Of a stretch of 64,000 bases of DNA, positions 39,951-49,621 are shown in pieces. Position 1 is the stretch's first letter. Every line of letters begins with the position of its first letter. The position numbers and the translations under genes were made by a program. Source of the stretch: Cyanobacteriota bacterium (GTDB lineage: Bacteria > Cyanobacteriota > Cyanobacteriia > PCC-6307 > Cyanobiaceae); contig JBJOMY010000001.1 in the NCBI GenBank assembly GCA_046052125.1, positions 448,001 through 512,000 of the forward strand, in the 5' to 3' direction. Below the pieces are notes generated by a model, which did no database searches, was not told the origin of the DNA, and saw nothing but the letters and a program-made list of their open reading frames with translations.

Positions 39951-40343
39951 TTACTGCTCGAGATGGCGAAGACGCCCTTCAAGACTGGCCATGAGCTCAA
40001 GAGCGAACATCGGCATTTCCTGAACAGCGAAAAGAAAATGCTCCCGGTCCATCTCAATCACCTCTGTGGCCACATGAGCTGATGCCGTGCCGTGACGCTT
40101 GTGTTGGTGCTCAACCAAAGCACCCACCCCAAGCACATCACCCGGACCAAAGACCTCAGAGGGTGCGTCACCCCAGCTCAGCTCAAGCTCACCACTGAGC
40201 ACGAAGTAGACGCTGCCACCGTTCTCGCCTGCTGCGAACAAAACCTGCCCCGGCTCCAGAACCCGGATCGGCAGCCTGGCGGCCAGGGTTTGCATGGTGC
40301 GAAGCACACCGGAAAACATGCAAGGTGATGCACCTGGCTTCAT
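39951..40343 (-). CDS. Stand-alone cyclic nucleotide-binding domain protein
   Basis: F-AGE-G--VYFVLSG...GPGDVLG...R-GTA-A; true start may be 40319 or 40295. Confidence 0.85.
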   Translation of the reverse strand: MKPGASPCMFSGVLRTMQTLAARLPIRVLEPGQVLFAAGENGGSVYFVLSGELELSWGDAPSEVFGPGDVLGVGALVEHQHKRHGTASAHVATEVIEMDREHFLFAVQEMPMFALELMASLEGRLRHLEQ

Positions 40344-40355
40344 CGTGCACGGCTA

Positions 40356-40396
40356 TGGTCAAGGGACGGTGAAGGTCCGGTCTAAGGACGGTTACC
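40356..40396 (-). promoter_or_regulatory. Pho-box-like array upstream of cNMP-domain gene
   Basis: GGTAACCG, TTAGACCG, CTTCACCG, CTTGACCA at exact 11-bp period. Confidence 0.6.
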
Positions 40397-40606
40397 AGGG
40401 GGCCATGAGAGAAAAGGACAGCCGTATGGGCAATCAGCGCTTCAGCTGCTGAATCATCGTCCCCAGGTACCAAGCCACAAAACAAGGGTTAAAGAGCGAG
40501 CCTGCCCTGTCGGCCGGAAGAGTCCATGGAACATCATGCGCCTGACGGGTCCATAACCTGAAGAAAAACTCCAGCCCCTACAAAGGGGTTAGCAAAAGCA
40601 CGTTGG

Positions 40607-42760
40607 ATGGCGAAGGCCGCACCAGCCCAGGAGCTGTATCTGAATCGCGAACTGAGCTGGATCAGATTCAACGAGCGAGTGTTAGCGCAAGCGCTTGACC
40701 CAAGAACACCATTGCTTGAGCAAGCAAAGTTTAGCGCAATCTTTAGTAATAATCTTGATGAGTTTTTTATGGTGCGAGTGGCATCCCTGCAGTCACAGGT
40801 GCATGCCGGAGTACAGGCTTGCAGCGAAGACGGACGCACTCCCACACAGCAGCTAACCGAGATACGCAAGCAACTAGAGCCTCTGCTGAAGCAACAGCAA
40901 GAGCACTATCACAGCAATCTAAAGGGAAAGCTAGCAGAGCTAGGTATCCTTTTACTGGATTATGATCAACTTTCGCGGAAACAGAAAGACTGGGCAAATA
41001 GCTACTTCCAGCGCTCTGTATTCCCCGTACTAACACCTCTGGCGGTAGACCAAGCACATCCATTCCCGTTCATCAGCAACCTCAGCCTGAACGTTGCGGT
41101 CACAATCCGCGATCCCAAGACCAATCGGCAGCAGTTTGCCCGCATCAAGGTTCCACAGAAGAACCTGCCGCGCTTTGTAAATATCCCAGCTGATTTGCAC
41201 GGCGGACGCTCACCGCAGCCCATTTTTATGGGATTACCGCTGGAACAACTCATAGCCTTCAACCTGCAGCGCCTGTTCCCTGGTATGCAGATCGAAGGGC
41301 ACTACTTCTTCCGGGTGACCCGGGATGCCGATCTGGAGCTCCGGGAACTCGAGGCCGACGACCTGATGCAGGCCTTAGAGCAAGGCCTGCGGAAACGCCG
41401 AATGGGGGGTGAGGTGGTGCGTCTGGAGGTGGCTGATGAAATGCCGGTGGATCTGATGCATCAACTGATGCAGGGTATGGAAGTGGACGATTTCGACGTG
41501 TACCGCATCAACGGGCCGCTCGGCCTCGATGACCTAATCGGGCTAGTGGCGATTGATGCGCCCCACCTCAAGGATCCACCATTTCGCGGTAGGACACCAA
41601 CCGAGTTACGCAGCACCCAGAGCAGCCAGCTGGAAGATGGATCACTTCAGAACCAGGAGTTTGAGAGCATCTTCAGAGTCATCAGACGGGGAGACGTTCT
41701 CGTCCACCACCCATTTGATCTGTTCTCCACATCGGTAGAAGAATTCATTAATCAGGCTGCCGATGATCCGTCAGTGCTGGCCATTAAAATGACGCTCTAC
41801 CGCGTGTCAAAGGATTCAGCAATCATTGCTGCGTTGATCCGTGCTGCAGAGAATGGCAAACAAGTGATGACGCTTGTAGAGCTCAAGGCACGCTTCGATG
41901 AAGACAACAACATCCAATGGGCCCGGCGGCTGGAGCGCTCAGGTGTGCACGTGGTGTACGGAGTGCTTGGCCTGAAAACCCATACAAAGATTGCCCTTGT
42001 CGTGCGGCGAGAAAAAGAGCAGTTACAAGGTTATTGCCACATCGGAACAGGTAACTACAACTCGAAGACGTCTACCCTATACACTGATCTGGGGATTTTC
42101 AGCTGCAACGAGGAGCTGGTTGCCGACCTGGTTGAATTATTCAACTACCTCACCGGCTTCTCCAAACAGCAGCAGTTCCGGAAGCTACTGGTGGCACCGG
42201 TCACACTCAGGCGACGCATGCAAAACCTGATCGAACGGGAGATCGAACACGCCCGATCAGGCCGACCAGCAGCCATCAAGGCCAAGATGAATGCGCTGGT
42301 GGACCCGGAACTAGTCAACCTGCTCTATCAAGCATCCCAAGCCGGCGTACAAATTGATTTGGTGGTGCGAGGTATGTGCAGTCTCCGGCCTGGCCTCGAG
42401 GGGATCAGCGACAACATTCGGGTCATCAGTGTGATCGGCCGTTTTCTGGAGCACTCACGTCTGTTCTGGTTCAGCAATGGTGGTCAGTACGAATTATTCT
42501 TGGGCAGCGCTGATTGGATGCCGCGCAACCTCGACCGACGCGTGGAGGCGGTGGTGCCGGTTCTGGATCAGGACCTGTGCAGGCAATTGGAATGGATGTT
42601 CCAGCTCTATCTCGATGATGCCCAAGCTTGGTGGATGCGTCCAGATGGCACTTATCAACGGCGCGAACATGAGAACAACCACCCCCTCGTTCAAGAGGAA
42701 CTCATGACGCGATGGTCACTCAGAAGCGTTCAGATCAATGCTGCGGCCAAGTCGGCTTGA
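40607..42760 (+). CDS. ppk1: Polyphosphate kinase 1
   Basis: NRELSW--FN-RVL, NLDEFFMVRVA, HPFPFISN, ELKARFDE, GLKTH-K, GSADWM-RN. Confidence 0.96.
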   Translation: MAKAAPAQELYLNRELSWIRFNERVLAQALDPRTPLLEQAKFSAIFSNNLDEFFMVRVASLQSQVHAGVQACSEDGRTPTQQLTEIRKQLEPLLKQQQEHYHSNLKGKLAELGILLLDYDQLSRKQKDWANSYFQRSVFPVLTPLAVDQAHPFPFISNLSLNVAVTIRDPKTNRQQFARIKVPQKNLPRFVNIPADLHGGRSPQPIFMGLPLEQLIAFNLQRLFPGMQIEGHYFFRVTRDADLELRELEADDLMQALEQGLRKRRMGGEVVRLEVADEMPVDLMHQLMQGMEVDDFDVYRINGPLGLDDLIGLVAIDAPHLKDPPFRGRTPTELRSTQSSQLEDGSLQNQEFESIFRVIRRGDVLVHHPFDLFSTSVEEFINQAADDPSVLAIKMTLYRVSKDSAIIAALIRAAENGKQVMTLVELKARFDEDNNIQWARRLERSGVHVVYGVLGLKTHTKIALVVRREKEQLQGYCHIGTGNYNSKTSTLYTDLGIFSCNEELVADLVELFNYLTGFSKQQQFRKLLVAPVTLRRRMQNLIEREIEHARSGRPAAIKAKMNALVDPELVNLLYQASQAGVQIDLVVRGMCSLRPGLEGISDNIRVISVIGRFLEHSRLFWFSNGGQYELFLGSADWMPRNLDRRVEAVVPVLDQDLCRQLEWMFQLYLDDAQAWWMRPDGTYQRREHENNHPLVQEELMTRWSLRSVQINAAAKSA

Positions 42761-43083
42761 GACCTGACGGCGGTCCGGTTCCTGTGAGCGGCGACCGAGA
42801 GCCTAAAGATCCACTAGCACAATGGCCGTCGCATCCACACCAGACCCAAAGGATGACTACTGGGGTGCAACGATGAAAGAACGCAAACGGGGGCGTAGAT
42901 CACCTGTCACGGCCTCAGCCACCGCAAAGCCTTGGCTGAGGGCTACAGCGTGGATCACGCAAGCCGCACAAAAGGAAAAGAGAAGGATGTAGCGGTCGTT
43001 CACAGCAGTCGGAAGGCTAAATATAGCTTGGCAGCTCAGGATCAAAAGGAGCAAGCACAACTGCGTGTGAGCTGCCTTACCAA

Positions 43084-43341
43084 CTAAAAGAGAGACGAAT
43101 GGCTGCTGCGCAACAGCGTCCAGAGTTTTTTGATTTCGTCGTAGGCAACCTCTTGGCTGATTTTGCCATTACCTTGCAGGCCGACGATCAAACCGACTCG
43201 ATCGGCAAACTGCTCTAGATTCTGGTGGAAGGCAACCCGCTCCGGCGACCAGTCGTTCCCGCGATAATGACTGAAACCCTCAAGAGGGGAATGAATCCCA
43301 TCTTGGGCATCCAAGGGCTGAGAAGACTCAGACATCGCCAT
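43084..43341 (-). CDS. Conserved small cyanobacterial protein
   Basis: F--NL--FA-RV--I--L--NGKIS---AY--IK-LW; coupled to the pstB stop. Confidence 0.75.
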   Translation of the reverse strand: MAMSESSQPLDAQDGIHSPLEGFSHYRGNDWSPERVAFHQNLEQFADRVGLIVGLQGNGKISQEVAYDEIKKLWTLLRSSHSSLF

Positions 43342-44165
43342 CAGCCGAAACGGCCTGATACGTAATCCTGTGTAGCTTGCTGGCTCGGGGCATTGAAGAT
43401 TGTTTCCGTAGCTGCAAATTCCTCAAGACATCCCACCTTTCCATCGCCATCCGCCTTGGCGGTCACGTTGAAGAAGCCGGTCATGTCACTCACCCTGACG
43501 GCCTGCTGCATGTTGTGGGTCACGATCACGATCGTGTAGCTCTTCTTGAGCTCGTGCATCATCTCCTCAATCTTGAGGGTGGAGATCGGATCGAGTGCCG
43601 AGCAGGGTTCATCCATCAGGATCACCTCCGGCTCAATCGCAATGGCGCGAGCAATGCAAAGGCGCTGCTGCTGACCGCCGGAGAGGGCGTAACCGCTTTC
43701 CTTGAGCTTGTCTTTGGTTTCATCCCAGATGGCCGCTTTGCGTAAAGAGCGCTCGACCAGTTCATCCATGTCACCGCGGAACCCATTGATGCGGGCGCCA
43801 AAGGCGATGTTCTCGTAAATACTCTTCGGGAAGGGGTTGGGTTTCTGAAACACCATGCCGATGCGGCGGCGCACCTCAACTGGATCAACAGAAGGATCGT
43901 AGAGATCCTGCCCGTCAAAGATCACTCGTCCCTTGAGTGCGCAACCCTCGATCAGGTCGTTCATCCGATTCAGAGCACGCAGAACCGTGCTCTTCCCGCA
44001 GCCTGATGGGCCAATGAAGGCCGTGACCTTGCCGCGCGGAATCTGCATGTAAACACCACGCACGGCTTCGTTGCCGCCGTAACTGATTCCCACATTCTCG
44101 AGCTCGATGCAGATCTCAGGGGAGATTGATCCAGCGCGGGAAAGAGAAGGCGTTGAGGTGGTCAT
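43341..44165 (-). CDS. pstB: Phosphate ABC transporter ATP-binding protein
   Basis: [42 protein letters not shown]. Confidence 0.97.
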   Translation of the reverse strand: MTTSTPSLSRAGSISPEICIELENVGISYGGNEAVRGVYMQIPRGKVTAFIGPSGCGKSTVLRALNRMNDLIEGCALKGRVIFDGQDLYDPSVDPVEVRRRIGMVFQKPNPFPKSIYENIAFGARINGFRGDMDELVERSLRKAAIWDETKDKLKESGYALSGGQQQRLCIARAIAIEPEVILMDEPCSALDPISTLKIEEMMHELKKSYTIVIVTHNMQQAVRVSDMTGFFNVTAKADGDGKVGCLEEFAATETIFNAPSQQATQDYVSGRFG

Positions 44166-44210
44166 GATGGGAAGGGTTAGGGAGCGGAGAGTGAAAAGAG
44201 TGAAAAACGA

Positions 44211-45113
44211 TCAAACGCGAGCGAAACGACCCAGCCAGCGGGCAAACAAGTTGGCGGCAAGAATCATGACCACCAGCACAAAAGAAGCGGCCCAGGCCAG
44301 CGCGTTCTGAGCCTCATAGGGCATGATCGCAAAGTTGAAGATCAACACCGACATCGTTGCGATCGGGTTGAAGACCCCTTCTGGCCAAAACGGTGAGAAC
44401 AGGGCTGTGAAAATCAGCGGGGCGGTTTCGCCAGCAGCGCGTGCAATCCCCAACACCACCCCTGTGGCGATCGGAGTGAAAGCTGCAGGGAGGGTGATCC
44501 GTGTAATGGTGACGAAGCGAGAAGCCCCAATCCCAATCGCTCCCCAGCGCAGCTCCTGGGGCACCAACTTAAGGGCTTCATCGGTGGTTTTGATCACCGT
44601 TGGCAGCATCAACACTGCCAAAGCAATGCCACCGGCCATCGCGCTGTAGCTCTGGCCAAAAAACAGGCGCGTGCTCACGATCAGGCCATAGATGAAGACG
44701 CCACAGATGATCGATGGCACTCCCGACAGCACATTGGTGCCAAAGCGAACAAATTGGGCGAACCAGCCACCGCGGGAGTACTCCGCCAGGTAGATCCCTC
44801 CACCCACACCCACCGGGATGGCGATCAGGCTTGCAATCAGGGTCACAATCACCGTTCCCAAGATGGCGTTGCCGATGCCACCACCCTCCAAGCCAGGGGC
44901 GGGAGGAAGCTGGGTGAGCAGGCTGGCGCTGATCAGCGAGCCCCCTTTAAACAGCACGTAGGCCAGAACCAACACCAACGGCAACACAGCGATCAATGAG
45001 AAGAGCGCTGCAATGGAGGAGAACAGAGTGTTCCAGCGATTTCGAGGCAGCGACGCCTGGAAACGCAGGGACGGGACCGCCGGGATCGAAGCAGTGGAAG
45101 GAGAGGTGACCAT
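44211..45113 (-). CDS. pstA: Phosphate ABC transporter permease
   Basis: GVPSII-G, ARAAGETAP. Confidence 0.95.
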   Translation of the reverse strand: MVTSPSTASIPAVPSLRFQASLPRNRWNTLFSSIAALFSLIAVLPLVLVLAYVLFKGGSLISASLLTQLPPAPGLEGGGIGNAILGTVIVTLIASLIAIPVGVGGGIYLAEYSRGGWFAQFVRFGTNVLSGVPSIICGVFIYGLIVSTRLFFGQSYSAMAGGIALAVLMLPTVIKTTDEALKLVPQELRWGAIGIGASRFVTITRITLPAAFTPIATGVVLGIARAAGETAPLIFTALFSPFWPEGVFNPIATMSVLIFNFAIMPYEAQNALAWAASFVLVVMILAANLFARWLGRFARV

Positions 45114-45115
45114 GA

Positions 45116-46072
45116 TCAGCTGTATTTGAGACTGAGACGTCGCACAACCCACTGCGCAAACACATTCACGAGCAGCGTGAGGATCATCAACACAACTGCC
45201 GCATACATCAGCGCCGACACCTGGAAGCCATCCGCTTCACCAAACTGGTTCGCCAGCATCGAAGCGATGGTGTTGCCAGGAGCCAGCAAACTCCAACTGA
45301 AATTATTGGAATTTCCGATGATCATCGTGACGGCCATCGTTTCTCCCATCGCCCGCCCGAGAGCAAGCATCACCCCCCCAGTAATGCCAGACACTGCCGC
45401 CGGCAGGATCACCTGAAGGATGGCCCCCCAGCGGGTGGTGCCCACGCCGTAAGCAGCCTGGCGAAGCTCAGAGGGAACCTGCTGCAAGGAATCGCGGGCA
45501 ATGGCCGTGATGATCGGCAACACCATCACCACCAGGATGAGGATCGCCGGCGCCATGCCAGGCCCCTGGGGCACCGTGGAAAAGAACGGAAGCCAACCAA
45601 AACCCTGGTGCACCAATTCGAGAATGGGCCGCAGAAACGGTTCCATCACGAAGATGGCCCACAGCCCGAGCACCACGGAGGGGATCGCGGCCAGCAGCTC
45701 CACCATCACGCCCAGCAGCTGCCGCAAACGCAGAGGAATCAGGTTTTCTGTGATGAAGATTGCCGTGCCAACACCCAGAGGCACTGCAATTAGCAGAGCC
45801 AGAATGGAGGTCACGATCGTGCCGTAGATGGCCGTGAAGGCGCCGTAGGTATCGCTAACAGGGTCCCAGTCAGAAAGAACAAGAAAGCGAAGGCCGAAAC
45901 GAGCAGCCGCTTCCCGCGAGCCAAACAGCACGGTGAGCAGAATTCCCAGGAGCACCAGGCCTACCAAGGAGGCCAAGGCAACGGAGAGAACCCGAAAGCC
46001 CTCGTCCACGAGCTTTTCCTGAGGCGGCCGGCGTCTCAGCGAAAACAGATCGGGTGGTGGTATGGCTGCCAT
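45116..46072 (-). CDS. pstC: Phosphate ABC transporter permease
   Basis: ELLAAIPSVVLGLW, GRAMGETMA. Confidence 0.95.
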   Translation of the reverse strand: MAAIPPPDLFSLRRRPPQEKLVDEGFRVLSVALASLVGLVLLGILLTVLFGSREAAARFGLRFLVLSDWDPVSDTYGAFTAIYGTIVTSILALLIAVPLGVGTAIFITENLIPLRLRQLLGVMVELLAAIPSVVLGLWAIFVMEPFLRPILELVHQGFGWLPFFSTVPQGPGMAPAILILVVMVLPIITAIARDSLQQVPSELRQAAYGVGTTRWGAILQVILPAAVSGITGGVMLALGRAMGETMAVTMIIGNSNNFSWSLLAPGNTIASMLANQFGEADGFQVSALMYAAVVLMILTLLVNVFAQWVVRRLSLKYS

Positions 46073-46120
46073 GCACGCGATAAACCCTTATGTCCACCGT
46101 CTCACGTGTGTTCGCAGAAG

Positions 46121-46201
46121 CTTTTAAGGTCGGGTTAAGGGGTTCGGCAAGACTGTTTATGAATGAGCGCCATTGAACAACCATTAACCGGCGCTTAACG
46201 G
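46121..46201. promoter_or_regulatory. Divergent Pho boxes for pstCAB (minus) and sphX-like gene (plus)
   Basis: Minus: CTTAACCC-N3-CTTAAAAG (46121-46139). Plus: ATTGAACA-N3-ATTAACCG-N3-CTTAACGG (46172-46201). Confidence 0.7.
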
Positions 46202-46241
46202 GTGGCAGCCGATGCAAGGCCAGAGTTAGGCCAAATCAATC

Positions 46242-47288
46242 GTGATCGATGTGATCACTCTTCGGTTCGCGCTGATCACAGCAGTTGCCGGTGCACAGGT
46301 GCTCACGGCATCCGTTGTTCAAGCGCAACGCAGCAAACCTGCTCGAAACACCGTCCTGATTTCAGGCTCCAGCACGGTTTACCCGTTCAGCAAAGCGGCC
46401 ATCGAGCTGTTTGCGGCCCGTGTCCCTCAAGGCACCAGCATTCGCGCCGAGGCCGTTGGCACCAGTGCCGGTTTCCGTCAGTTTTGCGGCCGCAGTCTTC
46501 CGATCGCAGCCGCCTCCAGACCGATCAACAGCACTGAGATCAACCGCTGCAAGGCCAATGGCGTGCGCTTCCTGGAACTGCCCGTGGCGTTTGATGCGAT
46601 CACGGTGGTGGTAAATCCCAACAACAGCTTTGCCAAAGAGATCAGCACCGCCCAGCTCCGAACCCTCTGGCAACAAAAGGCTCAAGGAACAGTGACCCGC
46701 TGGAACCAGCTAAACCCAGCCTGGCCCAGCAACCCGATCAAGCTCTGCGGCCCGGGCAAGGATTCCGGCACCTACGACACCTTTAATAAGGCGATCAACG
46801 GCAGCGAGAGCAATTCCCGCCAGGACTACACCGCCAGCGAAGACGACATGGTGCTGGTGCGCTGTGTGGCCAACGAGGCTAATGCCCTGGGCTACTTCGG
46901 CTTCGACTATTACCAAGCGAATCGAACCAGCCTGCGTGCCTTAGCCGTGAAAGGCTTGCGGGGCGCGGTGGTGCCGAGCGTGAACGCGGTGCAGGCCTCC
47001 CGCTACCTGCCTCTCTCGCGACCGCTGTTTTTCTATGTGAACGAGCAATCATTCAGAAGCAATCCGGTGATCCGGGCACTGATCGTGTCCACCCTGGAGC
47101 AGGGCGTGAAAGTGGCCAATCGAGCCGGCGTGATCCCCCTGCAGGATTCCACCTACCGCCTGGTTACCAACAAGCTCTACCGCAATGTGCTGGGCAGCGC
47201 CTTTGCCGGGCAGCTTCCGATCGGCTTGACCATTGGCCAGGTGCTGGAGCGCAGCTTTGATCAACACAAGAAGCCTCAGTTCCGCTGA
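46242..47288 (+). CDS. PstS-family phosphate-binding protein (SphX-like)
   Basis: GSSTVYP, GTSAGF--FC, DSGTYD, ASEDD, Y-PLSRPLF-YVN. Confidence 0.88.
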   Translation: MIDVITLRFALITAVAGAQVLTASVVQAQRSKPARNTVLISGSSTVYPFSKAAIELFAARVPQGTSIRAEAVGTSAGFRQFCGRSLPIAAASRPINSTEINRCKANGVRFLELPVAFDAITVVVNPNNSFAKEISTAQLRTLWQQKAQGTVTRWNQLNPAWPSNPIKLCGPGKDSGTYDTFNKAINGSESNSRQDYTASEDDMVLVRCVANEANALGYFGFDYYQANRTSLRALAVKGLRGAVVPSVNAVQASRYLPLSRPLFFYVNEQSFRSNPVIRALIVSTLEQGVKVANRAGVIPLQDSTYRLVTNKLYRNVLGSAFAGQLPIGLTIGQVLERSFDQHKKPQFR

Positions 47289-47636
47289 TCACCACATCGA
47301 TGTGTTGCGGACGACAAAACGGAGCAGATCGACGGCATTTGGTCGCAATGACGACCGGAGATCACTCAGATCGCTTTATGGTGTTCTGAGTTGCGAGAAA
47401 ACAATGTTGGTGAAAACGGGCAAGGGCAGCATCAGCTTCGTGGCTGGTTGTTGCTGGGTGAATTCCGTGGTTGAACCTCCTCCCCTCCGAACAGACAGCA
47501 ATGACAACAACTCCCATCCATTCCCCTGGACCTCAACCCAGCGAGGTCAACGCAACAGCCATCGCAGCTGATCGCGATGAGCGCTGCGATGAGGCGATGA
47601 TCTCCAAGCAGCGCCAGCGCTATCTGGTTTCACTGC

Positions 47637-48380
47637 TCAGCGATCAGGAGCAACAAAGCGATAGCCGATACCGCGAACAGTAACGAACAGCGATGGTTGG
47701 CCAGGCTGATCCAGCTTGCGCCTGAGCCACCACACGTGCACATCCACGCTTTTGTTGTTGCCGTTGTAGTCGGCGCCCCACACCTGCTCGATCAGTTGAT
47801 CGCGGCTTAAAGCACGGCCAGGCTGCAGCATGAAGCACTCCAACAGCCGGTATTCGCGGGGAGTCAACGTCACTTCAACGCCATCGACGCACACCCGGCA
47901 CTGATCGCGGAACAACTCAATCGCTCCTGCCTTGAGCACAACGCCCACCGGATCAGGGTTGGAGCGCTGCTGAAGACGCTTAAGCCTCCGCAAAATGGCG
48001 CGGCAACGGGCCGCAAATTCGCGCATCCCAAAGGGACGCGCCATCACGTCATCCGCACCGATCTCCAGCAACTGAGCCCGCTGATCCTCTGAGGCTGCAT
48101 CGGCAAGAAGCAGCAACGGCGTATGGGGGTCGCGGACGCGCAGCTTTTGGATGTGAGCAAGCGTGGCTTCAAGATCGTGCCGTTCGCTGGGCAAGTTCAC
48201 CACCCAAAGCGAAGCGGTCTGCGCATCCGATTGCTCCGGCTTCAACGCCTTCAGCTGGCGAGGAAGGGGCTGCTGATGCACCCGATAGCCCTCCTGCTGG
48301 AGAGCCTCATACAACTGATCACGCCAGAGAGGATCATCGGCAACAAGCCAGATCAACGCAGGCTGAGCACTGGCAGCCAT
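47637..48380 (-). CDS. OmpR/PhoB-family regulator with degenerate receiver domain
   Basis: Intact winged helix (QVWGADY-G--KSVDVHVWWLRRKL); receiver has Asn for the phospho-Asp and RPF for KPF. Confidence 0.85.
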   Translation of the reverse strand: MAASAQPALIWLVADDPLWRDQLYEALQQEGYRVHQQPLPRQLKALKPEQSDAQTASLWVVNLPSERHDLEATLAHIQKLRVRDPHTPLLLLADAASEDQRAQLLEIGADDVMARPFGMREFAARCRAILRRLKRLQQRSNPDPVGVVLKAGAIELFRDQCRVCVDGVEVTLTPREYRLLECFMLQPGRALSRDQLIEQVWGADYNGNNKSVDVHVWWLRRKLDQPGQPSLFVTVRGIGYRFVAPDR

Positions 48381-48410
48381 CGACACAAGGTCAGAGTTGG
48401 GGCTTGAGAC

Positions 48411-48438
48411 AAAAAAAGGGGGCTGCATTAGCCCCCTT
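48411..48438 (-). terminator. Intrinsic terminator of pstS
   Basis: AAGGGGGCT/AGCCCCCTT stem plus T-run on the minus strand. Confidence 0.85.
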
Positions 48439-48460
48439 GGTGGTTCCAGGTGTGATCCGA

Positions 48461-49438
48461 TCAGGCGCCGATCTTGGCTACAGCTGCACGAGCCTTCTTC
48501 ACGATGTCGCCACGCAGGGGCACGTAACCCAGCTCATCAGCCTGGTTTTGGGCGGGGCCCAACAGATAGAGCATGGCTTCGCGGATCTTGCCAGCTTTGG
48601 CCCCATTGCCCTTCTGGTAAGCCAGGATCCAGGTGAGGGTGGAAATGGGGTAGCTGTTCACACCGGCGGGATTGGGATCTTCACCAGCGAGCTCAGAATT
48701 GAGCTTGATGTTGTTCAACGCTGCAGATCCACCTGCCAGATTCGGCAGCACATATTTGCCAGACTTGTTCTGAAGAGCAGCGGCCTTGATCTTGCCCTTC
48801 ACAAAGCTCTGGCTCACGTAGCCGATGGCGCCAGGCGTGTTGGTGATGATGCCAGCAACACCTTCATTGCCTTTGCCGCCCACGCCCACGGGCCACTTCA
48901 CGCTCTTGCCCTCGCCCACCTTGCTCTTCCACTCGGAGGAGAAGGCGCTCAGGGAGTTGGTGAAGGCGAAGGTGGTGCCAGAACCATCGGAACGGTGGGC
49001 CACGGTGATCGCACCCTTGCCGCACTTGAGCTGATCCCAGGTGCGAATCTTGCCGAGGAAGATGTCAACGGCCTGCTTCTGGGTGAGCTTCAGGCCATTG
49101 CAATCAGCCTTGTTGTAGGCGATCGCAATGGTGCCGCCCGCCGCGGGGAACTGCACCACGCCGCGCTTCACCTTGGCCGCTTCGGCATCGGTGATCGGCT
49201 CGTCGGTAGCGCCGAAATCCACAGTGCCCGCCACGTACTGACGAACGCCAGCGCCGGAGCCGACCGACTGATAGTTGACCCTGATGCCCTTGGAGGCTGC
49301 ACCAGCAAAAGCACGCTGGTAGAAGGGGGCAGGGAAGGTGGCGCCGGCACCATTGAGCACGGACTGGGCCGAAGCAGCAGCGGTCACGCCCAGCGTGGAG
49401 AGGACGCCAATGGAGAGAACCTTCTTCGCGAAGGACAT
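48461..49438 (-). CDS. pstS: Phosphate ABC transporter substrate-binding protein
   Basis: Signal peptide, GAGATFP, SVGSGAG, RSDGSGTT, YPI--LTW. Confidence 0.96.
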   Translation of the reverse strand: MSFAKKVLSIGVLSTLGVTAAASAQSVLNGAGATFPAPFYQRAFAGAASKGIRVNYQSVGSGAGVRQYVAGTVDFGATDEPITDAEAAKVKRGVVQFPAAGGTIAIAYNKADCNGLKLTQKQAVDIFLGKIRTWDQLKCGKGAITVAHRSDGSGTTFAFTNSLSAFSSEWKSKVGEGKSVKWPVGVGGKGNEGVAGIITNTPGAIGYVSQSFVKGKIKAAALQNKSGKYVLPNLAGGSAALNNIKLNSELAGEDPNPAGVNSYPISTLTWILAYQKGNGAKAGKIREAMLYLLGPAQNQADELGYVPLRGDIVKKARAAVAKIGA

Positions 49439-49490
49439 TGATGGCAAACCAACAGGAGCTACCAACGTCTAAGCAGCGGCGGGAGCCCCA

Positions 49491-49531
49491 GAGTTAGGGT
49501 TTGGTTAAGGCCACGTGAAGCGTTGGTTGTG
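49491..49531 (-). promoter_or_regulatory. Pho box upstream of pstS
   Basis: CACAACCA, CTTCACGT, CTTAACCA, CCTAACTC at 11-bp period. Confidence 0.75.
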
Positions 49532-49621
49532 GACCACAGAGGTGGGTATCGAGCAGCACCAAAGCATCAACAACAGGGGTAAGTTGAACACTGTTCAACT
49601 TCCTGTGTTTCACGCACCTCG

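Noticed and set aside
44189..44206. GAGTGAAAA direct repeat between pstA and pstB as a Pho box
   Set aside because: 9-bp period rather than 11 and a poor match to the octamer
47289..47683. Small ORFs or sRNA between the sphX-like gene and the PhoB paralogue (e.g. 47501-47683 +)
   Set aside because: The ORF overlaps the regulator's 3' end by 47 nt and lacks features; no convincing structure, so left uncalled
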